Part shown: positions 48,863-57,862 of the stretch, in pieces
How positions within the stretch are numbered: position 1 is the stretch's first letter
Layout: the number at the start of each line of letters is the position of its first letter
Origin: Patescibacteria group bacterium
GTDB lineage: Bacteria; Patescibacteriota; Patescibacteriia; PEXW01
NCBI GenBank assembly: GCA_041665345.1
Contig: JBAYJA010000001.1
Span: forward strand, 73,206-137,205
Direction of reading: 5' to 3'
DNA length: 64,000 nucleotides
Notes under the pieces: generated by a model
Databases searched by the model: none
Told to the model about the DNA's origin: nothing
What the model saw: only the letters and a program-made list of their open reading frames with translations
Translations under genes and position numbers: made by a program

Positions 48863-48891
48863 AAAAACGCCTCTCAGGGAGAGGCGTTTTT
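48863..48891. terminator. Bidirectional terminator hairpin.
   Basis: AAAAACGCCTCTC-AGGG-AGAGGCGTTTTT. A related hairpin lies at 49549..49587. Confidence 0.6.
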
Positions 48892-48900
48892 ACAAAGTAC

Positions 48901-49485
48901 TTAAACTGGCTCACCAGCAACAATCCATTCCGGATCTTTCAGTCGTCCGAATTTGATCTCCAACTTTGGTGGCAATTTCCACTCATTGCAAAGTTTTTCT
49001 ATGACGTGATCCCAAATGGCCGGCACCTTCATTTCCGGGTTGAGCGCTTGCCACTCTCCAAAACGGCAGGCGAAGAGGCCATCCGAACGCGTTTCGACTC
49101 GGAACGCGTGGTACCTTGGCGTCTTATGTAGTTGACTATCAGTCGTGCCAACCCACCCATGACGGTCAAGGGCTTTCTGGTAGCAGGAGGGACACGTTTG
49201 GTGAAGTTCGGAGTAGGTGTCGAATCTGTAGCATGAATTTTCGTACCCGCAGCTTTCCTCTCGCACACCTTCCAGGAGGATCAGCTGACCTTCTCCTTTA
49301 AAAATTTCGTGGCATTCTGTGCACCAGAAGAGCTGTTTACGTTTGAACTCTTTGTCAAAGTGGGATCGCCGTGCCTGGTTGTACTCGTTGATGGTCTGCG
49401 TCAGAGCATCTTCTGCTTGTTCAAGAAGCTGGGATTGCGTTCTGGCTTGTTCCCGCAAAACCTGTAGATTCTCAAGGTTTTCCAT
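48901..49485 (-). CDS. Hypothetical protein with two CxxC pairs (zinc-ribbon-like).
   Basis: CTEC...CPSC plus additional Cys residues. Confidence 0.45.
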   Translation of the reverse strand: MENLENLQVLREQARTQSQLLEQAEDALTQTINEYNQARRSHFDKEFKRKQLFWCTECHEIFKGEGQLILLEGVREESCGYENSCYRFDTYSELHQTCPSCYQKALDRHGWVGTTDSQLHKTPRYHAFRVETRSDGLFACRFGEWQALNPEMKVPAIWDHVIEKLCNEWKLPPKLEIKFGRLKDPEWIVAGEPV

Positions 49486-49548
49486 GATTTTTTCCTTTCT
49501 CCAATGTTTCCTTTTTCGCGACTAATCTAACACAGCCCTGCGTGCCTT

Positions 49549-49587
49549 GCAAGCAAAAAGAAAACGCCTCTCCGGTAGGGGAGGCGT
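49549..49587 (-). terminator. Rho-independent terminator for 49613..50122.
   Basis: Minus strand reads ACGCCTCCCC-TACC-GGAGAGGCGT followed by TTTCTTTTTG. Confidence 0.55.
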
Positions 49588-49612
49588 CATTAGGAAGAGC
49601 TTGTGTGATTTT

Positions 49613-50122
49613 TTACTGCTGCGGTTCTTTCGGTTTGCCGAATATGGCCACATCTTTCAGTCTCCAAAGGAGGGGGCTGGTCCTTGAGCAGTAGCTTGTA
49701 CCAAGAATCTTGTCGTCAGGGTTCAGGCGCCCATCATCGGGTAGTGATAATTGCGCCCCATCCTTTGTGCCCCACCCAGCTGCAGTTTCTTCATACGCGT
49801 AGACAAGGTACGTTTCACCTTCTATGAAATCATAACCGTCGCATGAGCATCGGTTTTCAACCGTATGCAACGTCATGCTGACACGCGCATTGCCCTTCCA
49901 GTAGGCACCTACTTGGAAGTGTACAATGGTGCGTGGTTCATCACAGCCAATCCCAGTTGAGTCATCGACGTAGATAACCTTCGTGACTTTGCCGGCAAAG
50001 ATTACGTCAGCGTCCTTGTACGATTCCTGAGCAGACGGAGGTATGCATGAGCACGCCTGCGCAGTGAGCGGGAAGGCAAGAAGCACCAGCATCAAACCTA
50101 TAAGTACCTTTTTCATCTTCAC
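49613..50122 (-). CDS. Secreted Cys-rich protein with a TIMP/NTR-like N-terminal module; mature N-terminus predicted to be CSC.
   Basis: Signal peptide MKMKKVLIGLMLVLLAFPLTAQA. The following CSCIPPSAQESYKDADVIFAGKVTKV resembles the TIMP N-terminus [24 protein letters not shown]. Confidence 0.55.
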   Translation of the reverse strand: MKMKKVLIGLMLVLLAFPLTAQACSCIPPSAQESYKDADVIFAGKVTKVIYVDDSTGIGCDEPRTIVHFQVGAYWKGNARVSMTLHTVENRCSCDGYDFIEGETYLVYAYEETAAGWGTKDGAQLSLPDDGRLNPDDKILGTSYCSRTSPLLWRLKDVAIFGKPKEPQQ

Positions 50123-50206
50123 TCCTCTTGTTTTTGGTGGTTCACCTTTTTTGGATTTGCATAGCTTAACAAGATGCCCGAGTATACGTCAAGCATAGGT
50201 TTTGAG

Positions 50207-50238
50207 AAAAGCGCCTTTCCGGTTGGAAAGGCGCTTTT
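50207..50238. terminator. Bidirectional rho-independent terminator.
   Basis: AAAAGCGCCTTTCC-GGTT-GGAAAGGCGCTTTT. Confidence 0.65.
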
Positions 50239-50296
50239 GAAAAGTACGCTGGGTTAACATGCCGGACGTCCGGAGCAGCTTTCAGTGAAAGAACTG

Positions 50297-50650
50297 CTAC
50301 TCGTTTACGTCTGGATGGTAGTCGGGATCGGGTTTTGCTCGTTTGCGTCCGAACTCCTTTTTCAGTGCCGTCTGCTTCTCCGCTAAGTAGTGTTCCCAGT
50401 TGAAGCTATTGGGAATTTTTTTCACGGAGACGTAGTGGACTTTTTTGCCTCCGCTAATGCCTGGCTCTACCTTCGTCACCGTTGCGCGACCCCCTTGGAT
50501 ATCATCACGTCCATGCGAGAGGTAGAGTTGCGTTGGTACGTAAATGGTGTCACCAGGCTTTGGAACTGGCAGGGTGGCAACTGCGGCCTTTCTCTCATTG
50601 ACACGACGCGGTTTCCTCACACTTTGAAGTTTCTGCTGACTCGTATGCAT
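50297..50650 (-). CDS. Hypothetical protein, 117 aa.
   Basis: ORF only. Confidence 0.45.
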   Translation of the reverse strand: MHTSQQKLQSVRKPRRVNERKAAVATLPVPKPGDTIYVPTQLYLSHGRDDIQGGRATVTKVEPGISGGKKVHYVSVKKIPNSFNWEHYLAEKQTALKKEFGRKRAKPDPDYHPDVNE

Positions 50651-50692
50651 TGGTATTTCTCCTTATCCTGTTTTTCGTCTAGTTCGTTTTGG

Positions 50693-52309
50693 TTACCCGC
50701 GTTCAATGGTCCGTGGAGGTTTGTCTGAAGTGTTGAAGCAGACTGCACCAATTTCCCGAATTTCGTTCGTCATGCGGCGGGAGATGGTTTTCATTACCTC
50801 CCAGGGAATTTCTGCGGCCTGGGCAGTGAACCCATTCACGCTCCAGAATGCCCAGCACTCCGCGACAAGTCCGAAATCTGCGCCGTCACCTTTCGTGCAC
50901 TTGGTGACTGAGTGGGTAAGAAAAACACCGGCCTGCCAGATGCTTTCATACAGCCCAGCTTTTCGGATTTCTTCCATGAAGATATCATCAAGGACTCGGG
51001 CGATACCCAGTTTGTCTTTTGTGATATCACCTTCTATGCGAAGAATGAGGCCAGGACCCGGGAATGGATGCCGGAGCAGGAGTGCTTCAGGCACGCCCAC
51101 TGCACGGCCGATGTTCCGGCCCGTGTCCTTCACCTGGTCAGCGAGTGGGGTGACTTCGGGTACGGAGAATTGCAAGCCCACATTGTGGTGCTGCTTGATA
51201 CGCGCCTTGGTGGCGCCGCTGTCGTAGCCTTCACCGCTCTCGGAAATGTCGGTGTAGAGCGTGCCCTGCGCAATAACGTTGGCACGCCAGCGCTCTGCCT
51301 CTGCTTCGAGCACTGCTTTGTACACATTCCGCATCGCCTCCCGCTTCTTTTCCATTGTGGTGACACCTTTGAGTGCCTCCAGAAATTGCTCGGTTGCATC
51401 TACAACCGTCAGTTGGAGCCAAGGTTGCTGGCCGAAAAACTCGCGGACGTGGGCTTCGTCATCTGGACGGTCGATACCCTTGATGTAGACACCAACAATC
51501 TGGATTGGGAGGGTCGCTCGTATCCGGGCAGCTTTCAGCAAGTATGCCACTGTGGAAGAGTCGGTTCCACCCGAGAGTGCAAGGAGAATTATTTTCCCAG
51601 CCAGCGTTTGGGCGAGGTGTGCAATTTTTTCCTGACTGACATCGCCGGCCGGGAACGTGTCCTTCGCCCCACAGATGGTGAAGCAGAAGTTTTCAAAAAG
51701 TTCCAGCCCATGTTCCGTGTCGCTGACCTCCGGGTGAAACTGGACGCCCCAGAGGTGCTGGTGGTGGCCGGCGGCCACGGGTGCGTGCTCGGTGGATCCC
51801 AGAATTTCCAAGTCCGGGTGAGGGAGAATTCGATCGCCGTGGCTCTCCAGCACCTGGAAACCAGTGCTGTACGTTATGCCCCCAATGAGTGGCGAGCTAT
51901 GGTCGGCAATGGTCAGTAGGTGGACGCCGAATTCCCGTTTGTCTGCTGGTTGTACTTGCACGCCGAGGTGCTGCGCCCAGAGTTGGAAGCCCAAGCAAAT
52001 ACCGAAGACCGGAATCCCGAGGTCGAAGATTGCCGCATCGAACGGCGGGGGATCGGTGTGCACTGAAGCAGGGCCGCCGGAGAGAATGATGCCGATAGGC
52101 TTGAGTAAGCGGACGTCATTGGCCGTGACGCGGGCTGGATCAGCCACGAGGCAGAAAACGCCAAGCTCATCGAGTTTTTGCTTGATGAGGTGGTCGAACT
52201 GACTGCCGAGTGCAAAAAGGAGGAAGACTTCCTGAGTGCGCCGAATGCCCATTTCTTTGGCAATTTCCCCTAAGGTTTCCGGAGTGACCTGGGTGAGTGT
52301 GCTAATCAT
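50693..52309 (-). CDS. guaA: GMP synthase (glutamine-hydrolysing).
   Basis: Type-1 glutamine amidotransferase region (GICLGFQ), PP-loop SGGTDSS, and a C-terminal dimerisation domain. Confidence 0.95.
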   Translation of the reverse strand: MISTLTQVTPETLGEIAKEMGIRRTQEVFLLFALGSQFDHLIKQKLDELGVFCLVADPARVTANDVRLLKPIGIILSGGPASVHTDPPPFDAAIFDLGIPVFGICLGFQLWAQHLGVQVQPADKREFGVHLLTIADHSSPLIGGITYSTGFQVLESHGDRILPHPDLEILGSTEHAPVAAGHHQHLWGVQFHPEVSDTEHGLELFENFCFTICGAKDTFPAGDVSQEKIAHLAQTLAGKIILLALSGGTDSSTVAYLLKAARIRATLPIQIVGVYIKGIDRPDDEAHVREFFGQQPWLQLTVVDATEQFLEALKGVTTMEKKREAMRNVYKAVLEAEAERWRANVIAQGTLYTDISESGEGYDSGATKARIKQHHNVGLQFSVPEVTPLADQVKDTGRNIGRAVGVPEALLLRHPFPGPGLILRIEGDITKDKLGIARVLDDIFMEEIRKAGLYESIWQAGVFLTHSVTKCTKGDGADFGLVAECWAFWSVNGFTAQAAEIPWEVMKTISRRMTNEIREIGAVCFNTSDKPPRTIERG

Positions 52310-52676
52310 TGTGTACCTTTCTGTATCTATAGTTCATTCATTTCGTTGTCAAAGGTCGATACCTCACTGTACGAAGTGAGCTACGGGATGTCAACTTCGT
52401 TGGGTGGGAGGTCGGGGTATGGATGCTAGTTTGGTGAAGATGTTGAAGGGTAGGGTTTTGTGTAATAGCCATTTTTCCATACCCTTTTCCCTAACTAGCT
52501 TCTCCTCCCAAGTACCTTCACCCCCCGCTTCCTTGACGAATTCCCTCCACGGGCGTAGGTTGGGATATCCGCACGTGTGTTTCTTTTTGCCAAGGAAGGA
52601 GGGAAGCCGACATAAAGATGACACGTTGTGGCGATGGGAGTAACTGATAAAAAACAAACATCCAGGAGGGAATGCT

Positions 52677-52946
52677 TTGCAAAAAAAAGTAGGCGACCAG
52701 AGTAGTTACGATCGCATTGCCGGGTTACGGAAGATTGACCGCGGCTTCTCATTTCAACCAAATGGCAAGCCAGATGAGCACAGGCTTGTTGCTCAAGCAG
52801 ACACTTTTGTGTCCGATCCCAAAAAGCTCCAGGAAGCGGCGGAAAAATTTTCCGTCAAATGCGCTGTGAAACCCAGAGGGTTTGTAGTGCTGCATGGCAA
52901 AGACAATGCGATCATCGCTGCTGTGGAGTTTGCACAGCAAGTTTGA
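52677..52946 (+). CDS. Hypothetical protein, 89 aa, TTG start.
   Basis: RBS AGGAGGG 6 nt upstream of the TTG. A terminator follows at 52965..52996. Confidence 0.4.
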   Translation: MQKKVGDQSSYDRIAGLRKIDRGFSFQPNGKPDEHRLVAQADTFVSDPKKLQEAAEKFSVKCAVKPRGFVVLHGKDNAIIAAVEFAQQV

Positions 52947-52964
52947 AACTAAAAAAGTACCTTT

Positions 52965-52996
52965 CCCCCACCAAGCAATTGGTGGGGTGATTTTTT
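52965..52996 (+). terminator. Rho-independent terminator.
   Basis: CCCCACCAAGCAATTGGTGGGG followed by TGATTTTTTT. Confidence 0.6.
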
Positions 52997-53053
52997 TACT
53001 ACCGTTAATGAAAAACGCCACCTCATAAACGTGAAGTGGCGCGTGAGCTGGGA

Positions 53054-53326
53054 TTATCGGAAGATGTACTTTTGAAAGAAATCACCAATCCAGTGTTGGT
53101 TTGATGCAAAGTAGTAGGTGACCCACATACTCGCATTGCCGATAACGAGGACGAAGACAAATGCTACTGTAAAGATCTGTCCTATCTCTTGCTGGCTCCA
53201 GTCTCGGAATCTGAGGAGTGCCAGGATAAGGCACAATACACTGATTCCAATGAGCACTGGCAATGCCAGGAAGTACCCTAGGACAAAGCCAACCAGAATT
53301 GGGCCACCCCAAAAGAGTAAAGTCAT
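53054..53326 (-). CDS. Small membrane protein, 90 aa.
   Basis: Three hydrophobic segments. A terminator hairpin sits at about 53010..53040. Confidence 0.4.
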   Translation of the reverse strand: MTLLFWGGPILVGFVLGYFLALPVLIGISVLCLILALLRFRDWSQQEIGQIFTVAFVFVLVIGNASMWVTYYFASNQHWIGDFFQKYIFR

Positions 53327-53552
53327 TCCACTTCCCTTCTATTGAAGAACGTTTTTTTGAGATGCTTTTAATGCGATACCATAGCACGCTCCCTCTGTGT
53401 GTCAAGTATCATTCTGGAATCACGTGATTTGATCATTCCATTACAAGCAGAAACAGGCATGGCATATTTTTTTCGACCTTGGAAAAGTCGCCCCGTCATC
53501 CGACGGGGCAAGCATATCCCGCGAAGCGCGACCTCATCAAGCGGGGATAGCT

Positions 53553-55367
53553 TTACTGTCCCGCTTCCAACTGGATAAAGAGTCTGGCCAGGCGGAGCTC
53601 TTCGTAGGTAAAATGTTCGCCCAAGATTTCCCGAACCGGGGAGAGTAACCAGCTCTTGGATTTTTTGAATGCTTGGGCAATTTCCTGGAGATCATTGGCA
53701 TGTGGCCGGAGGTACTCCACGTCGATATTTTTTCGAGTTTGAAGTAACTTCTCAATATGACCCACAATCGTGGTCGGGGACATACCCCGTCGACGAGCGA
53801 TTTCCGTAAGCGGTAATTTTTGGCGAAGCAATTCTTGCGTCGCGGTATAGGTTGTACCAAGCAGCGCAACCTTTGGTGTTCGAGCCAGAGCTGGTTCACT
53901 CCTGGCTTTTTCCGTTATATGCTTTTGCTTGGCGTATGCCTGAATGGCACGCACGAACGTCTCACCCAATTCTTGTAGCTTCCGCTGACCCACGCCGTAC
54001 ACGCGGGCAAAGCTCCCTAGACTTTGGGGGAAGTACGTCGCCATATCTTGGAGACTCTTGTCCCCAAAAATCACAAATGGTGGAACGCCATGTACATCGG
54101 CTAAACGTTTGCGCAGCGCCCGCAGTTCCTCGAAGAGTTCAGCATCATAGGCAGCTGGCGCATCAGCAACACCCTGGGTTTGTAGCGCAGGGACACATAG
54201 GTCGCAAGCGCCACAATTTTTGGTTGGCCAGCTTTCCCCAAAGTACTCCAGCAGGTATTTTCGGCGGCAGGTGTGCCCGTCGCAGTAGGCAACAACTTGT
54301 TGCAGTTTGTGCTCCACTTGTTGGCGTTCGGCAGGATCCGCAATTTGCTGGCTGAAGAAGCGGTGCTTCCGTGTGTCCCCGTAGGAGTAGTAGAGAATGC
54401 ACTGGCTGGGTAAACCGTCCCGCCCGGCGCGGCCAGTTTCCTGGTAGTACCCTTCAATGGACTTCGGCAGGTCGTAGTGGACAATCAACCGGACATCCGG
54501 TTTATCAATACCCATGCCAAAGGCAATGGTGGCAACGATGATCCGGACTTCATCGCGGATAAATTGTTCTTGGGTAGCCTGGCGAAGTGTCGGCTCTAAC
54601 CCAGCGTGGTAGGGCAAAGCCGAAAAACCCTGCTCGCGCAGATTCGCCGCCAGATTTTCGGTGTCCTTGCGGGAGAAGCAGTAAATAATCGCGCTGCCTG
54701 TGCTGTGGTGCAGCACGTCCACCAGTGCAGCAAAGGTTTGGTGCTTGGGGCGCACTAGGTAGGTGAGGTTGGGTCGGTTGAAGCTGGAGACAAAAAATTT
54801 TGGCGACCGCAGCGCCAGCTGTTTGATAATATCCTCGCGCACTCGTTCCGTGGCAGTAGCGGTTAAGGCAATGACGGGAACGTCTGGAAAATCTTGGCGC
54901 AGTTGGACTAAGTTTCGATAGTCAGGCCGGAAGTCATGCCCCCATTCAGAAATGCAGTGTGCTTCGTCCACAGCTATGTACGAAACAGCAACATCCTGTA
55001 ACCATTCCCGGAAGTAGGGGAGCGCCAGACGTTCGGGTGCCAGGTACAGAATTTTTAACCCCCCGGTCTCCACCTGGGTTTGCACCTGCCGAATCGTTTC
55101 AGCATCCAAAGTACTGTTAATAAACGCGGCGGCAATCCCATTCGCGCGCAGGGCGTCCACCTGGTCTTTCATCAACGAGATGAGCGGGGAAATAACCACA
55201 GTTACCCCATCCACCATGAGCGCGGGTAGCTGAAAACACAGCGACTTACCGCCACCAGTGGGCATGAGTACCAACGTATCCTGCTTTTGCAAAACCTGGG
55301 TGATGATTTCCTCCTGCAAGGGTCGGAACGCCTGGAACCCAAAATGTTTTTTCAATAATGCGTGCAT
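53553..55367 (-). CDS. recQ: ATP-dependent DNA helicase RecQ.
   Basis: N-terminus [33 protein letters not shown] box ([15 protein letters not shown]), a Zn-binding Cys cluster, and RQC and HRDC-like C-terminal domains. Confidence 0.9.
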   Translation of the reverse strand: MHALLKKHFGFQAFRPLQEEIITQVLQKQDTLVLMPTGGGKSLCFQLPALMVDGVTVVISPLISLMKDQVDALRANGIAAAFINSTLDAETIRQVQTQVETGGLKILYLAPERLALPYFREWLQDVAVSYIAVDEAHCISEWGHDFRPDYRNLVQLRQDFPDVPVIALTATATERVREDIIKQLALRSPKFFVSSFNRPNLTYLVRPKHQTFAALVDVLHHSTGSAIIYCFSRKDTENLAANLREQGFSALPYHAGLEPTLRQATQEQFIRDEVRIIVATIAFGMGIDKPDVRLIVHYDLPKSIEGYYQETGRAGRDGLPSQCILYYSYGDTRKHRFFSQQIADPAERQQVEHKLQQVVAYCDGHTCRRKYLLEYFGESWPTKNCGACDLCVPALQTQGVADAPAAYDAELFEELRALRKRLADVHGVPPFVIFGDKSLQDMATYFPQSLGSFARVYGVGQRKLQELGETFVRAIQAYAKQKHITEKARSEPALARTPKVALLGTTYTATQELLRQKLPLTEIARRRGMSPTTIVGHIEKLLQTRKNIDVEYLRPHANDLQEIAQAFKKSKSWLLSPVREILGEHFTYEELRLARLFIQLEAGQ

Positions 55368-55465
55368 AGTACAGACTTATGAATGAATCGCGAAATGAGT
55401 GTCTACTCGGTACAGAGAAGGGTAACGGATGGGTGGAAAGTTGGCAAGGCAGACGATTTTTCTTC

Positions 55466-55535
55466 GGGGCCCCCACAGATGTGGCGCGCAGTCCCGCTGC
55501 GGGACGAGCACGCGTCTGTGGGGTCAAGCGAGGCT
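55466..55535. repeat. Hairpin repeat element X, copy B.
   Basis: GGGGCCCCCACAGATGTGGCGCGCA-[GTCCCGCTGCGGGAC]-GAGCACGCGTCTGTGGGG-TCAAGCGAGGC. Confidence 0.5.
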
Positions 55536-55655
55536 TCGTGGGAACGGTGGAGCGGGATGCGCAAAAAGCGCGTCACGCGGAACTGTGACCACGAAACGAG
55601 CTGCCCTGAACCACTCCTCGCCCGACTCATCGGTTGCAGGGCATGAACCAGGACT

Positions 55656-55754
55656 GGCTTGCCAGCCGTAGCTCTTCCAACATACTCTATGTCCTCCTTC
55701 GCTAGGAGCTTCGGAGGACAGCCTTCGTCCTCAACAAAGCTTGAGAGCGAAGGC
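55656..55754 (-). repeat. Conserved module immediately 3' of tRNA-Ser, copy B.
   Basis: GGCTTGCCAGCCGTAGC, then hairpins GTCCTCC...GGAGGAC and AGCCTTCG...CGAAGGCT, in the same order and position as after tRNA-Leu. Confidence 0.5.
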
Positions 55755-55842
55755 TGGCGGAAGGGGCGAGATTCGAACTCGCGATACCTTTCGGTATACT
55801 CGCTTTCCAAGCGAGCGCACTCGGCCACTATGCGACCCTTCC
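55755..55842 (-). tRNA. tRNA-Ser(GGA).
   Basis: Minus strand reads GGAAGGGTCGCATAGTGGCCGAGTGCGCTCGCTTGGAAAGCGAGTATACCGAAAGGTATCGCGAGTTCGAATCTCGCCCCTTCCGCCA. Long variable arm, anticodon loop TTGGAAA, TTCGAAT T-loop, encoded CCA. Confidence 0.85.
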
Positions 55843-55903
55843 ACGAAATGCGAATGTAGCATACCTGGCGATTTGAGCAAGGGCAACTGCTATACTTTGG
55901 GCA

Positions 55904-55938
55904 TGCCACAATGCACCTGGCTAGGCGAAGATTCGCCT
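55904..55938 (+). pseudogene. Duplicated remnant of the tag 5' end (MPQCTWLGEDS vs MTNCTWPGEDS).
   Basis: ATGCCACAATGCACCTGGCTAGGCGAAGATTCGCC versus the tag start ATGACCAACTGCACCTGGCCAGGCGAAGATTCAC at 56574; about 30/35 identical. Confidence 0.4.
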
Positions 55939-55960
55939 TAACTCATGGTTAAAGGAGGTT

Positions 55961-55989
55961 TTGACGCCTGGGCATTCATATGATAAGGT
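55961..55989 (+). promoter_or_regulatory. Candidate promoter TTGACG-N17-TAAGGT for 56029..56517.
   Basis: Hexamers at 55961-55966 and 55984-55989. Confidence 0.35.
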
Positions 55990-56028
55990 GTCGAGCATTA
56001 ATAAGAAACCCGAATAGTAGGAGAAAAT

Positions 56029-56517
56029 ATGAAACCAACAATCGATGAAGTAAAAAAATTTTTCTTTGAAGCAAAGCTCCACGGTTGGGCAGCGGATGTT
56101 CCGTCGAGTTCTGTTCCGGGAAAGCCTGGGTACAAGCGAATAACATTCAAACGGGGCAGGTTCCTGTTGGTGGACGAGTGGTGTACGACTGGCCACAGCA
56201 GGATGAGCGCAGGAACGTCAACAATTTTCTGCGATAAGGAACCTGTATGGTTCATGTCGTATACCGGCTTCTACGAAAAAGTCGCCATACCCTTCCTCAA
56301 GCTCGCCCTCCTGCGGTCGTATCAGGCCAGAGAATTCAACGGAGGTCGTGGACCCAACGACTTCGAACAAAAGGGCATGGTCTATAGCAACGAGGTAGAT
56401 CTGGATGATTTCGAAAACTTCCAAGGTTGCGAGTCAGTCACCCGAAAAGGCCGCGGCCAAAAATTGCTAGGAGAGCATCATTACTACGGGGTAAGTTTAC
56501 TCCGTGAATCTGATTAA
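56029..56517 (+). CDS. Hypothetical protein, 162 aa, in a low-GC insert.
   Basis: RBS TAGGAGAAAATATG. Bounded by the tag-start duplication. Confidence 0.5.
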   Translation: MKPTIDEVKKFFFEAKLHGWAADVPSSSVPGKPGYKRITFKRGRFLLVDEWCTTGHSRMSAGTSTIFCDKEPVWFMSYTGFYEKVAIPFLKLALLRSYQAREFNGGRGPNDFEQKGMVYSNEVDLDDFENFQGCESVTRKGRGQKLLGEHHYYGVSLLRESD

Positions 56518-56528
56518 GAGTTTCCTAT

Positions 56529-56558
56529 AGCTGCCGGATAACCTGGCAGCTATTTTTT
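56529..56558 (+). terminator. Rho-independent terminator.
   Basis: AGCTGCC-GGATAACCT-GGCAGCT followed by ATTTTTTCG. Confidence 0.6.
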
Positions 56559-56573
56559 CGCTATACTTGATGT

Positions 56574-57140
56574 ATGACCAACTGCACCTGGCCAGGCGAA
56601 GATTCACTGATGATTGCGTACCACAACAAAGAGTGGGGTGTGCCGTTGTGGAATGAGCGGAAGCTGTTTGAGTTCATGGTATTGGATGCCTTCCAGGCTG
56701 GTTTGAGTTGGCGGACCGTGCTGCACAAACGGAAGAACTTTGCACGGGCTTTTGATAACTTTGATCCAAAGAAAATCGCGAAGTACGCCCCGGCGAAAAT
56801 CAACAAGCTCTTGAAAGACGTGGGGATTATCCGGAATCGTGCAAAGGTCAACGGTACAGTAAAAAACGCAAAGGCATTTCTGGCACTGGAAAGAGCGCAG
56901 GGGAGTGTGGCGGAGTATTTATGGCAATTTACCGGCGGAAAACCGAAAGTGAATCATTGGAAAACCACCAAACAAATTCCAGCTCGGAGTAAAGAGTCTG
57001 ATGCAATGAGCGAAGCTTTGAAGAAGGCGGGTTTCACTTTTGTTGGTTCAACTATTTGCTACGCGTTCATGCAGGCTGCCGGGATGGTGAATGATCACCT
57101 GGTGGAGTGTCCACGGTGGAGGGAAGTAAAAAAATTGTGA
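56574..57140 (+). CDS. tag: DNA-3-methyladenine glycosylase I.
   Basis: CTWPGEDSLMIAYHNKEWGVP and FEFMVLDAFQAGLSWRTVLHKR; HhH-GPD superfamily with zinc-site Cys/His residues. Confidence 0.85.
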   Translation: MTNCTWPGEDSLMIAYHNKEWGVPLWNERKLFEFMVLDAFQAGLSWRTVLHKRKNFARAFDNFDPKKIAKYAPAKINKLLKDVGIIRNRAKVNGTVKNAKAFLALERAQGSVAEYLWQFTGGKPKVNHWKTTKQIPARSKESDAMSEALKKAGFTFVGSTICYAFMQAAGMVNDHLVECPRWREVKKL

Positions 57141-57208
57141 TCTTCGCATCTGTCTTGTGCCAATAAGATTGGCCTGCTAAGGTGGTGAAAACGTAGGAGA
57201 AAAAATGT

Positions 57209-57730
57209 ATGTCTGAAAAAATATTATTGAAAGCCACGCTGGTGTTCCCTGTTCGAGACGACCAAGTTTTACTGGCGAAAAAGGTACGGAAAATTGGTGC
57301 CGGCTGCTTGAACGGTTATGGTGGCGGGGTGGAACCGGGTGACGCAACGCTCATTGATGCGGCTTTGCGGGAATTTACTCAAGAAACAGGCGGGCTTATG
57401 GCCAAGGCTGCGGATCTAGTCAAAGTAGCTGTGGTCGATTTTCACAATCGAACCGTTGAGGGAATTCGTTTCACGTGTCGTGTTCACGTCTATCTCCTCT
57501 ACGGCTTGCAAGGTCAGGCAAAGACTACTGAGGAAATGGCTGACCCAGCCTGGTTTTCTAAAAATGCCTTGCCGTTAGGTAAGCTTATGCCCGCCGATCC
57601 TTACTGGTTGCCCCGAATACTAGCCGGGGAATTCCTCTACGTAAAGGCTTGGTATGGGCCGGCGCAAAAGACTTTGGAAAAAGCAGTACAAGTCACTCCC
57701 GTGACGCCCAACGAACTTGACCGTCTGTAG
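57209..57730 (+). CDS. NUDIX hydrolase, MutT-like.
   Basis: Nudix box GGGVEPGDATLIDAALREFTQETGG (REUxEExG). Confidence 0.75.
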   Translation: MSEKILLKATLVFPVRDDQVLLAKKVRKIGAGCLNGYGGGVEPGDATLIDAALREFTQETGGLMAKAADLVKVAVVDFHNRTVEGIRFTCRVHVYLLYGLQGQAKTTEEMADPAWFSKNALPLGKLMPADPYWLPRILAGEFLYVKAWYGPAQKTLEKAVQVTPVTPNELDRL

Positions 57731-57831
57731 GCTTCCAAGCTTGCCGACGGTTTTTATCAACCCGACTTTTTACAAACCACGGGCAGGGAGAGTAATCTGC
57801 CGTAGAATGTTTAGGTGAGGGAAAGTACAGA

Positions 57832-57855
57832 AAAAAACGACCCGTGGGGGTCGTT
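57832..57855 (-). terminator. Rho-independent terminator for 57863..58099.
   Basis: Minus strand reads ACGACCCCCACGGGTCGT followed by TTTTTTTCTG. Confidence 0.55.
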
Positions 57856-57862
57856 ATCATCT

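Noticed and set aside
52310-52676. Purine or guanine riboswitch in the long guaA upstream region
   Set aside because: No match on the minus strand to the purine aptamer core (TATA...GGGnATATGGCCC...AGTTTCTACC). Only a plausible TTGACA-N17-TACAGT promoter was seen.
55379-55700. Short ORFs overlapping the X element, the tRNA-flank module and the tRNAs (for example 55403..55909, 24984..25306)
   Set aside because: They overlap tRNA genes and conserved structured repeats. The conservation pattern is at nucleotide and structure level (compensatory changes), not codon level.
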